This document shows, piece after piece, positions 9,522 to 19,510 of a stretch of 64,000 bases of DNA. The translations under genes were made by a program, and so were the position numbers. Location of the stretch: positions 124,001-188,000 of the forward strand of contig JAPMXV010000027.1 in the NCBI GenBank assembly GCA_026936335.1. Direction: 5' to 3'. This DNA is from Mantamonas sphyraenae STR306 (taxonomy: Eukaryota; Protista; CRuMs). The number at the start of each line of letters is the position of its first letter. Positions within the stretch are counted from its first letter, which is position 1. The notes under the pieces were generated by a model. It did not search any database. It was not told where the DNA came from and saw only the letters and a program-made list of their open reading frames with translations.

Positions 9522-11042
9522 CTACTCCTCCCACGGCTTGGCAAACACTTTGAGCCCGTTCTTGACCCGCAGTGTGACGGCCAACGACGCCTCCACCTTC
9601 TGCCCTGGGACCAGGTCCAGTCGAAAGTCGCGCAGCACCATGGCCATCACCACCATGGCCTCTTGCACCGCAAAGCGCCACCCGATGCACTTGCGCTTGC
9701 CGTGCAAAAAGGGCATGAACGCGTACGCTGGCGCGGGCTCCTCCTTCAACCAACGATCCGGTTTGAACTCGTCTGCATCCTCTCCCCACAGCTCGGGGTC
9801 CCTGTGCATCACGTACGGCGAGATGAAGACCATGGTGCCCGACGGTACGTCGTACCCGCCGATTGTGTCTTCCACCGTCATCACGCGCTGTGTCAGCGCC
9901 ACAGGCGGATACAGGCGCAGGGTCTCGTTGATGACATTGCGGAGCAGGGTGCACTGCTCCAAGTCCTTGGGTGTTGGGTCACGACCCGTGCCCACAATGT
10001 CCCGCACCTCGTCACGCACCGCTTCCATGACGTCAGGATGCTGCGTCAGCAAGTATGTCATCCACGTCATCAAATTGGCTGTCGTCTCGTGTCCTGCCGT
10101 GATCAACACCAGCAGGTTGTTCATCAACTCTTCCTCGGTCAGCTTCTCTTCTCCAGCCCCCTGGAACAACAACGTCAGCACATCCCGTGGCATGTCATCC
10201 AAAGTCCCGTCCTCCACCATTTGCTCCCACTCTGCCTGTCGCTTCTGCACAATCGCACGCGTTTGCTCCTCCACCAGCGCACGGTTCTCCCGTTCCGCCT
10301 TGCTCACAAACAACTTGGCCAGCGTCGGATACGCCATCGACAGCACAAGCTTCACCGACAGACGCGGCAGCAGAGCGGAAAAGGCGTCGTAGAATGATGC
10401 ATCCTCACTTTCGTCCAGCGCACCCATCTCCTTGCCAAAGCCCGCCGAGCCGATGATGTCCAGCGCCACCTCCGAGAACAGCCTGTGCATGTCCACTTCG
10501 CTGCCCTCCAGCTTCTCCATTTTGGCACACAGCTTGCTTGCATGGTGTGCAAACACCCCCGTGAGCGCATCCACGTGCACCTGGTGGAAGGCTGGGTTCA
10601 TGATGCGTCGCTGCCGCGTGTGTTCCTTCTCCTCCACCACCAGCAGCGAGTTGCGTCCCACCAACGGCTCCAACTGGTCCACTGTCACCGCAGGTTTGTG
10701 GTAATAGCTCGCGTTCTTCCCCTGCAGGATGTACTGGACGGCGTCGAGATCGCCGACGTACACGCGTGTTTCCTGCAGCATCATCTTGTAACGAAAGATG
10801 CGCCCGTGTTCCTTGGACCACTTGGTTTGCGGTGCCAGCGGCGGCTCGTCCATCACTTGCTTCATGTTGCCGATCAGCCAGTTGGCGGTGGGAACGGCTG
10901 GCATTTTCTCGAGGGCCTGACCCTGCCACATGTTCACCGCAAGACGGAACACAAGATCCAAAACGAAAAAGGCAATCACTGCCAGCAGTGCTGTGCCAGC
11001 ATAGCTTGCAAGCGACCACACGTCCACATCCACACTGCTCAT
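9522..11042 (-). CDS. Cytochrome P450 (ER-anchored)
   Basis: N-terminal TM anchor, I-helix AGHETT, K-helix ETLR, PDRW and heme ligand FLHGKRKCIG. Likely start MSSVDVDVW at 11042. Confidence 0.96.
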   Translation of the reverse strand: MSSVDVDVWSLASYAGTALLAVIAFFVLDLVFRLAVNMWQGQALEKMPAVPTANWLIGNMKQVMDEPPLAPQTKWSKEHGRIFRYKMMLQETRVYVGDLDAVQYILQGKNASYYHKPAVTVDQLEPLVGRNSLLVVEEKEHTRQRRIMNPAFHQVHVDALTGVFAHHASKLCAKMEKLEGSEVDMHRLFSEVALDIIGSAGFGKEMGALDESEDASFYDAFSALLPRLSVKLVLSMAYPTLAKLFVSKAERENRALVEEQTRAIVQKRQAEWEQMVEDGTLDDMPRDVLTLLFQGAGEEKLTEEELMNNLLVLITAGHETTANLMTWMTYLLTQHPDVMEAVRDEVRDIVGTGRDPTPKDLEQCTLLRNVINETLRLYPPVALTQRVMTVEDTIGGYDVPSGTMVFISPYVMHRDPELWGEDADEFKPDRWLKEEPAPAYAFMPFLHGKRKCIGWRFAVQEAMVVMAMVLRDFRLDLVPGQKVEASLAVTLRVKNGLKVFAKPWEE

Positions 11043-11517
11043 GGCTTGCACGGTCCTGCAGTTTTCGGCGTTCTGTGTTTGCGGCTGCGCTGCCGAGCTC
11101 CGCATTGAAAAGGATTGCCCTTCACATCCGTCCCTTCGATGTTCCATGCACCCACCACACCACTGCCTCCTTCACCCTCACACGTACATTTGATGTGCTG
11201 TTTCTCGCAGGCACTCACTCCTCGCTCGCTCTGGAAAGGCACAAACACAGTTCATTCCGCGGGACTCCACTCACGGACGTTTTCCACCACTCTCCACCAT
11301 TCTCTTCACCACCAAACCCCCCCTTTGGGCGCTTCACAGAACACCCTCACCCTCTGTGCCCTCTGTGCGGTCGCCCCGCTTCTCAGCCGGAGCCTGCGAC
11401 GGGTGTAGAGCAAAACGGCGGCGGTGCAAAGTCCGGCACGCGTCCACAACCCGCTCCAGCAGGTCAGCGGGTACAGCAGGCAGATGAATTCCACCGCAGC
11501 AGCTCAAGGTGCCTGCC

Positions 11518-11736
11518 TCAACAGTCGAAGTATGCAATTGCCTTCGCATACCCAACGTAGTCAGGAGAGGCGTACGAAGTTACGCTGTGCACGAAGTAGA
11601 CGCCAGAGTCCGTGGAGCCAACTACCACATAGTTGTTGTCGTCTTCGAAGGAAGTGTAGTAGTGTTTGTGCTCGAAGAACTGCTTTGTTTCCCCGGGGTG
11701 CCTATCGAGGGCAACAACTGTGCCGAACGGGAACAT
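11518..11736 (-). CDS. Possible short hypothetical protein or terminal exon
   Basis: Protein-like composition and codon use (FEHKHYYTSFEDDNNYVVVGSTDSGVYFVHSVTSY). No family recognised. Confidence 0.25.
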   Translation of the reverse strand: MFPFGTVVALDRHPGETKQFFEHKHYYTSFEDDNNYVVVGSTDSGVYFVHSVTSYASPDYVGYAKAIAYFDC

Positions 11737-11895
11737 CGTTTGTTGTTGGCTGGCAAGCGCATCGCCGTCTCCTCCTGCTTGCGCTCCTGAGGGAATCCAT
11801 CGCGTGTCTTGTGGCTACCCTGACTTCCACAATTGACACCACTCAAGATGTCGTGTGTGCGCGTGGATCCGCGCCGGGGTGGCCAGGCAAGAGAG

Positions 11896-14662
11896 ATGCA
11901 GATGCAAGCGGAAAGCGTGGCTATTGTGGCTGCCATCCTTCTGCTGGCAAACTTCATCGACGCTACCGAGTGGCAACTGTTTGTGTTTGCCGCCTTCTTT
12001 GTCATCGTGTTTATCCTGGTTGCCTTCCGTCTCTTCCGCTTGTGGCAGGCCAAGCGCGCATCAGCAGCTGCCGTTGCCACAGGTGTGTCCCCCGTGGCCA
12101 CTCGCAACGACGCCGTCCAAGCGTTTCACACACTGCACGCAACCTCCATCCTGTCGGATTCCCCGTGTAGGTCCTTACTTGCGTGGCATGTGCTGTGGCC
12201 CCGCCAGCAGAGGGACGCCACCAACCGTTGCAGGCATTCCCCCGCTAACTCGCTTGCTTTGCCTCGCCACTGCCGCTCCGCGCCCACCTACCACTCGCCC
12301 ACAGATGCGTGGATGCCCATGCAAGAGATTCCGCTGAACGAGAAGCAGCGCATCGATCAACAGCGGTTCTGGGAGTGGCTGGGGATGCACAACATCGAAG
12401 GCCTGCAGAACCTGTACATTGGATACTTTGCCCATCCATTGTACGACAACGATGCCAACAACGAGGGAGGCCACTCCACGGGAGAGACCCCTGAGCGACT
12501 GCCGTCGTGGATTCGAGGCGTGTGTGCGCGGAAACCAATTGCCTCGGAAGATCTGATTGTGTCTGTGCCTGAGGAGCTTTGGCTGTGCAAGACCACGGCT
12601 GTGCATTCTCCCATCGGCCATGTGTTCCAAGCACACCCGGACCTGGACCAACGTGCAGTGCTGGAGATCTTTCTGCTTCACGAAAAGAACAACCCGCAGT
12701 CGCCGTGGGTGCCCTGGCTCAACATGCTGCCCACAAACGCCGACACGCTTGTGAATTGGGACCAAGAAGCACTGGCGGCGCTGCAGGGATCGCCCATCCT
12801 TGCACGCAGGCAACACCGCATCGAATCGGTTGTGGATCGCTTCCGGACAGTGATTGAGCCCGTCATCAAGCACTACCCGGACCTGTTTCCCACCCAGGAT
12901 GCAGACACAGACCTGTTGCAGGACTACATGTGGACATTCACCATGGTAATGTCGCGCGCGGTGTCGATCACAGTCGACAGTGAGCCCATGAGTGCGATTG
13001 TGCCCCTGGTGGACATGTTTAACCACGCGCCCTGCTGCTCCAAGAGCTACCAGAGGCAGGATGGCACACATTTTGCAGTAGACACGGGCACCTCTGTCAG
13101 CTATGAGGCGGGCGAGCAGATCTTTGTGGACGTGGGACCGCTCAGCAACGCGGACCTGATTGACCGCTACGGGTTTGCGCTGCAGCACAACGTACGCGAC
13201 TTTGTAGAGTTTTCCTTCCGGGTGCAGGACGTTGCACACCCGTCTCTGATTACGGAGCTGAAGAGCAACGTTGTGCTGAAAAACATGCTCGTGGCCGAAG
13301 ACGGCAATTCGCAGGTGCACACACTGAGCGGGTACTACATCCCTCCGCAACTGCTTATTTCGCTGCGCATCCTGCTGATCACACCCAACGAGATGAATCG
13401 GATGCACTTGGCGTTGGAGGGCAAGCCTGTCAGTTGGCGCAACGAGGTTGCGGTGGCCAATGTGCTGTTCAACAAGTGCACGGAGCTGCTCAAGGCCTAT
13501 CCGACCACAGTGAAGGAAGACAGAGCCCTGCTGAAGAAGCCTTTGCCGCACAACGTGCGCCACGCCATCTTGTACCGTACCGAACAGAAACGCATCCTGC
13601 GCAACACCCTCAAGGTCCTACGCTACCTTCAGCTGACCGTGGAGGACCGCCGACGTAGTGTGAGTGACGACGCAGCTTTGGACGTTGTACCAGACGTTGA
13701 TCTGCGCACTCTGGAGTACACAGTGGACAAGGCCCTTGTTGCGATCGGCCACGAGCTCCGAGTCAGCACCCTCCTCCTCCTCCTCTCCTCCTCCTCTTCC
13801 TCCTCAGAGGAAACAGATGACCAGCAGGTGATGTACACGGCCGTGCACGTTCTGTTTGAACGCAACTTTCGCCTGGTGAGCCGGCTGCAAAGCGAGCAAG
13901 GGCTGGCGGCGTTGCAGGCATCGTTTGCAGAGATGTGCGGTGCGGAAGCGGTGTCGAGCACCACCCTGGACCAAGTGGTGGGTGCGATCAAACGACAGGC
14001 GTGGGCCACCTGGGACTCGCAAATCTATTCGCTCGTGCTCCTGTGTGCGAAACACGGTCTGCTGCAGCAGTTGGAGACGCTGAAGCAGCTGAATGCACGG
14101 TACGCAGGCGTTCTAAAGGGGATCCGACGCAGTGCGGTGTACATGAACACACACGATCTGCGTGGACGCACGCCTCTGTTTCTGGCAGCGTCTGCGGGCG
14201 ATGCTCGCATGCTGGTGTATCTGCTGGACAGCGGAGCCGATCTGAAGTGTGTGGACCACGATGGCCTGAATGTGGTGCACATTGCGTGTGTCAAGGGCCA
14301 CACAACCATCCTGAACACAGTGTTGGACCTGACACACAACGATCCCAAACTGAACGGCTGGTTGCTTACGAAACGCAGCCTCAGCGAGGGATTCACCCCG
14401 TTGCACTTTGCAGTCATGAATGGCCACGTGGATGTGGCACGGGCACTGCTTGAAGACCACCAGGCGGACGTGAACGCAACCGCGGACGACAACATCACCG
14501 CATTGCACGCATGCGCGTTCACAGGCAACGTGGACATGTGCATGCTGCTGTTGGAGAATGGTGCTGACACAAGTGCGACCACCTTGGAGATGAAGCTGAC
14601 CCCCAAGGGTACAGCCGAGATGATGGGGACACACCGAACTGCTGCGCCTTCTCGAAGAGTGA
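11896..14662 (+). CDS. SET-domain methyltransferase (SETD3/Rubisco-LSMT type) fused to ankyrin repeats; 5' end uncertain
   Basis: SET motifs RGVCARKPI, IVPLVDMFNH and SNADLIDRYGF, an LSMT substrate-binding region (YPTTVKEDRALL), and ankyrin repeats (GRTPLFLAA, GFTPLHFAV, NITALHACA). Removing one G at 14625-14628 gives the typical ending GHTELLRLLEE* (TGA 14660-14662). Probable intron ending CCCACAG at 12304. Confidence 0.8.
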
Positions 14663-14815
14663 CATGCTGTGCAACCTGCACTTCTCCCCCGGCGTTTACG
14701 CCTGCTTCAATGCAAAGCCATCCCTACCCGTGCACCCTTTGCAACTTGACCGTCGTCCACACGCCCCGCAAGTGCCAACACAAACCCCCCGCCGACTCAC
14801 ACATACACAAACACA

Positions 14816-15722
14816 ATGTCCAAGACGCTGTTTAGCCCTACCAAGTCGGCAAACGACCTGACTGCACCCCAGCTGCGCGAGGAGGCGGAGCTTCTGGGCC
14901 TGCCCTCCACGGGCAGGAAGGACGCCGTGTTTGAGCGCCTCAAGGAATCTTACTCGGAGGACTACCTGAAGAAGCTGAAGGTGGCCGAGCTCAAGAAGAT
15001 CTGCAAGTACCGCCAGGTTGAGGAGGGCCGCAAGGCTGTGATGATCAACAACATCCTGGAGTCTCTGGATGAGGAGGAGGCGGCCGGCGACGCAGCAAGG
15101 TAAATTTGCGCGCGAAAAGCAAATCGAGTTTTTTGGCGCGAACCACCCGCGCGGGTAGCGTGCGCGGCGAATACGCCCCTGCAGCGTGCATAGAATGCAT
15201 GGTCCAGAGCGCACATGGTTGTGCCTTGTGTTGAGGGAAGGGATGTGCGGTGGAATGCTGTGGAGCTGCGTCGAGGGCGGTCGACGTGGTTTTTGGCGCC
15301 AAAAATGGCGACTGCGTGTGACATGTGCGGCGTGGCTGACACGGAGACACGGGGACACGTGTGCAACACAACAACAAACACACGTACCACACAGCGCGGC
15401 ATCTGAGGCTGACGAAGTTGCATCTGTGGTCAGCTCGCACTCTGTGAAGCAGGAGGTGAGCAAGAGCAAGAACAAGACGCCCACGGAAGAGGAGAAGGAA
15501 CAGGCAGAGGTGACCAAGGAACTGTGGAAGCAAGTGGGCAACGAGGCCAACGCACAGTCGCCCGCCGTGGAGGAGGCCAGCGGATCGCCGTTTGTGGACA
15601 GCCCGCAGAGCATTGCGGTTGTCATCCTCTTTGTGGCGCTCATCATCGCCATGCTGCTGACGGACAACTCGGATGTGGCCGCAAAGGTCGAGGAGGTTGC
15701 CAAGGCGGCTTCAGGCAAGTGA
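14816..15722 (+). CDS. Two SAP/HeH-like motifs plus C-terminal TM helix (inner nuclear membrane-like)
   Basis: Exon 1 14816-15099 (LTAPQLREEAELLGLPSTGRKDAVFERL; LKKLKVAELKKICK). Intron GTAAAT..CACACAG. Exon 2 15395-15722 in phase, with TM IAVVILFVALIIAMLL. Confidence 0.8.
15104..15305. promoter_or_regulatory. Cluster of E2F-consensus sites in intron
   Basis: GCGCGAAAA 15110-15118 (TTTTCGCGC on minus), TTTGGCGCGAA 15132-15142, and perfect palindrome TTTTTGGCGCCAAAAA 15290-15305. All match TTTSSCGC. Confidence 0.5.
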
Positions 15723-15770
15723 GGCATGCACCGTACATTTCGTAAATTCCCATTCTCGACCAACACAAGA

Positions 15771-17025
15771 ATGGCTGTTTCAAAGACCACCCTCTTGGTG
15801 CTGCTGCTGGTCTGTGTGTGTATGTGCCAGGCGGGCCCCACGGATGCCACCCCGAGTGAGGAGGAGCTGCACGGCTTCCTGCGCACACCGGTGGGCCTGG
15901 TGCATCCGGAGTGCTTTCACTCGGCCGCACACATCCCGGACCCGCACGTTGTTGAGGCTTCGCAGGACAACCCATTCACATATGTGACCTCTGTCAGCGA
16001 GCCCGAGAAGTATGGCAAAACACGCATTCCGGCGTGCCGCCACCCGATTGTGGCACAGAACAAGCACAACAACGTCCAGCGCTTCCGCGAGTTTGGCTGG
16101 AACGAGTGGACGGTGTTCCAGCACCCACAGAATCGCACCTTTGAAACCTTTGTCGTATGTTGTCCCCTTCTCCTGTCCCGCTCTTCTCCTTGCGTTATCC
16201 CTTGTCATGCATCCCTCCGGCGTGTGCGGGTGCCATTTTTGCGGCAACAAGAGCAACGGCTGACTCGGCTCCTCACTCCACTTCGCAGAGCGTCATGTCA
16301 GTGCCCGGCAACCCGGTTCAGTTTGGCTTTGGCATCCTGTACCTCTTCCCTGGCCTGCAGAACTACAACTGGATCCCTCTGGAGAACGGCCCGCCTTCGC
16401 CGAGCGGCTTTGTGAGTTTTGTTGGAGATGGGATTTCTGCCTGGCGTGTATTTCTCGTTGGCCCAAATCGGCCCGGCGGCCCACTTGGGTGAACCCCCTC
16501 GAGTGTGCCATTGTGCACATGGACACACACTCACACGCATGCAATGTACATGGCATACGCGCACAGGATATCATCCAGCCTGTGCTGCAGTACGGCTCGA
16601 CACCTGCGGGCGGCGGCGAGTACTGGGCAGTGGCGTCGTGGTATGTGACTGTGGACGGCGGCGTGCTTGTGTCTGACCTGGTGCGCGTGACACCCGGCCA
16701 GCACATCTTTGGCAACATGTCCAAGATTGGCGATGACCAATGGCTGATCAACAGCGTGGTCCAAGAGACACAACACGCCACCCCGCTCACGGTCTCTCGC
16801 GATCGTCTCAGCAGCCAGCCCTGGGCCTACCTTACCCTGGAGGCATACGACATCCACGATTGCTCCGAGTACCCCACCTCGCCCTGCGAATTTACAAACA
16901 TGTCCCTCAGCGACGGCGAGCGCAACATCGAACCCCAGTGGGAGGCCAAGTACCAGTACCAGCCCCCTCTGTGCAACCAGAACATCAAGATCCAATCTCC
17001 TGACCATGTCAGCCTGCAATTCTAG
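15771..17025 (+). CDS. Secreted protein, putative glutamic peptidase (G1/eqolisin-like fold)
   Basis: Signal peptide MAVSKTTLLVLLLVCVCMCQA. Exons 15771-16154, 16289-16411 and 16567-17025. Motifs YLFPGLQ, IIQPVLQYG, GGGEYWAVASWYV and LTLEAY. Enzymatic identity is inference. Confidence 0.75.
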
Positions 17026-17074
17026 GAATTCCAAGGTGCATTTCACACTCTCAAGCCCAACGAAAGCTTCGAAA

Positions 17075-19510
17075 TCAATCCTTGCTTGTCTCGTTCTTCA
17101 TCTTCCCCTCCTTCCACCGTGCCAACACCTCTTGCATGCTGTTCACCGAGATGGCAGGCGGTGATGAATGATTGCCATGGTCCCGTCCCAGGGTGGCCAC
17201 CACGGTGTGCACACACAACTGGTGCAAATCCGACCCCGACAGACCCGTGGACAACTCAGCCAAGCGTTCCAGGGCATCTCGGGCGTCCGATGAGCTCCTG
17301 TGTTCGTACTTGAGCAAATCGCGGAGGATTTCCAATCGCTCCTGGGTGCTTGGCAGCGGCAGGGAGAGCGACAAGGAGACGCGACGGTGGACGGCGGGAT
17401 CGATGTCCTGTGGCCTATTGGTGGCTAGAATGACCACCAGAGCCTCGTTTTGCTGTGCACGATCCCAACACGCCAGAAATTCGTTCTTGATCTTGCGCAT
17501 GGCTTCGTGCTCGTCACGCTCACTGCTGCGTGTGCTCAGCAACGAATCGGCCTCGTCCACAAAGATGATGGCCGGAGCCAGGCGAGCAGCCACGCGAAAC
17601 AGCGCTCGGATTGTTTTCTCTCCTTGGCCAAAGTAGCGACTGGTGATCGAGGCTGCGCCCGTGTGCAACAGCGTCGCCTGTGCCAATCGTGCCACGTGTC
17701 GCACCAGTAGCGACTTGCCCACCCCTGGTTTCCCATAAAGTAGCACCCCAGAGGCACACCTTGCAATGGCAGACGTCAGGTACCGTTCTGGATGGGTCAG
17801 GGGGGCAACCACAAATTGCTGCAGCTGCTCCACAACTCCTTCTGGGCCATGGTATGCGTCCACGTCGTCCACCACCCCGTTCAAGTCCACCAGGTCTGAT
17901 TGGATCACCATTTGCTCCAACTCATGTTCAATGCTGCCACTTCCGTGTGCCAGAATGTCCTGTGCACGTCCACGCTGCCGCAGCGCCGTCAGCTCTCGGC
18001 AACACTCCTCTACCACCTTCTGTTGTCCTTGGCCGCCGTCCCCACTGGCGTTGTTGTCCATCACCAGACACCCTACCACCCACTCTGCCTCGTTCGCTTT
18101 CAGTCGAAAGGCCAGCTTGGGCATCTGTTCCCACGCAACTCCTACCCCGTCCCCATCTCTGCTGCTGCTGCTGCTGCTGCTGCTGCTCACACGTCCCAGT
18201 GTATCCTTGAGCAAACCAATGTTGTGAGTGTGCATCCCCTCCAATTCGAGGAGTCGCTGTGTGCGATCCCATACCCTGCGAGCACGTGTTCCCTGCTCGG
18301 GTGCAACGTCCTGCACCTGCCCCAGCTGTTTACACACCCAATTGCTTGTGTTGCTCTGCCGTGTAGTTCCCAACAAATACACAGGCAGGGCCCTGTCATC
18401 CATCCCGGCTACAAAGTGTCGCCATGCCTTGGCAGACAAGTGGTTCAGCAACATCGTCCAGTCCGGCTCCTCGATGTGCACCACGTATGCCAACCCCTTC
18501 TCCACGCCCTCTTCAATGTCCTTCAACAAACCCAGCGTGTTCTCCAGCGTCACCTCCACATACTCTGAGCGAGGAAGGTCATCCTGCACCGAGCGCACAT
18601 CTTTCACGTCCAACCACACTCCATGACCGTCCGAACAATACCCATCCAACGTCGTGCCTCCCTTTACGATTCCATCCATGCGCACACCCACACGAGTGCC
18701 CTGTGTTCCCACAACCACCACCCCGCTGTCGCCCGCCTGGGGTGGCCTTTGCCCACCAGCAGCTTCCTCCCCGTGCTCGCCTGCACCTTCCTTTGGTCGC
18801 ACTCGCCTTCGTTTGCTTCGTTTGCGAATGCGTGGGCGGAATTCGTGCACGGTGTGGCTGTGTTGCATCCCCACGTAGCGCACAACGGTCCCTACCGCCA
18901 GCTGTGCTGTGGCGGCTGCTGCAAACTCCTTGGCTTCCTGCTCCTCGTCTGTCGTCCCTGTTGCCAGCCCCTCTGGTGATATCCCGTGCTCCATCATCTC
19001 TCGGTTCACGTGCACCACTCTCACCTCTTTGGTGGTGGTGTTGCTGTGTGCTCTGCGGAGAACGGTGCCCAGCAGCTCCTCTACAAACAACCGCTGCTCT
19101 GTAAACTGGCCCACATTCAGCATGCGAACCTGTGGAAATGCATCTTTCAGACGCTTTGCCACTCTGGGTTGCTGTGTCCACAGGTTTACTTCCTGTTGAA
19201 TGCGTTGCTGGAGTCGTGTGTTGATCGGAGGCCACACGGCGTTGTCCCCTGTGCCTTCCCAGCCCCTCTCGTCGTCGTCGTCGTCGTCGTTGCCACTGCT
19301 GCTACTGCCAACACTTTGCATGCGCCATCTATCATCAACTCTCCTACCACTGTGTACATTGTCGCTGCTGGCGTCCGGAAACTCCAGCTGCTCCTCCTCG
19401 TCTTCATCCCCTTCCCCATCACTCTGTGCATGCCCATGGCCACCGTCCTGTTCCATGTCCGACAACGATCGTTTCCGACACGACGCGCTCTCTGTGCTGC
19501 GCCGGCTCAT
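17075..19510 (-). CDS. AAA+ ATPase, Msp1/ATAD1-spastin clade with long N-terminal region
   Basis: Walker A GKPGVGKS, pore loop ITSRYFGQGEK, Walker B IIFVDEAD, EHEAMRKIKNEFLACWD, and SRH ATNRPQDIDPAVHRR. Confidence 0.9.
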   Translation of the reverse strand: MSRRSTESASCRKRSLSDMEQDGGHGHAQSDGEGDEDEEEQLEFPDASSDNVHSGRRVDDRWRMQSVGSSSSGNDDDDDDERGWEGTGDNAVWPPINTRLQQRIQQEVNLWTQQPRVAKRLKDAFPQVRMLNVGQFTEQRLFVEELLGTVLRRAHSNTTTKEVRVVHVNREMMEHGISPEGLATGTTDEEQEAKEFAAAATAQLAVGTVVRYVGMQHSHTVHEFRPRIRKRSKRRRVRPKEGAGEHGEEAAGGQRPPQAGDSGVVVVGTQGTRVGVRMDGIVKGGTTLDGYCSDGHGVWLDVKDVRSVQDDLPRSEYVEVTLENTLGLLKDIEEGVEKGLAYVVHIEEPDWTMLLNHLSAKAWRHFVAGMDDRALPVYLLGTTRQSNTSNWVCKQLGQVQDVAPEQGTRARRVWDRTQRLLELEGMHTHNIGLLKDTLGRVSSSSSSSSSRDGDGVGVAWEQMPKLAFRLKANEAEWVVGCLVMDNNASGDGGQGQQKVVEECCRELTALRQRGRAQDILAHGSGSIEHELEQMVIQSDLVDLNGVVDDVDAYHGPEGVVEQLQQFVVAPLTHPERYLTSAIARCASGVLLYGKPGVGKSLLVRHVARLAQATLLHTGAASITSRYFGQGEKTIRALFRVAARLAPAIIFVDEADSLLSTRSSERDEHEAMRKIKNEFLACWDRAQQNEALVVILATNRPQDIDPAVHRRVSLSLSLPLPSTQERLEILRDLLKYEHRSSSDARDALERLAELSTGLSGSDLHQLCVHTVVATLGRDHGNHSSPPAISVNSMQEVLARWKEGKMKNETSKD

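Noticed and set aside
14663-14835. C-terminal tail of the 1000-aa SET/ankyrin ORF overlapping the next gene
   Set aside because: Artefact of an extra G at 14625-14628; the corrected frame ends at 14662.
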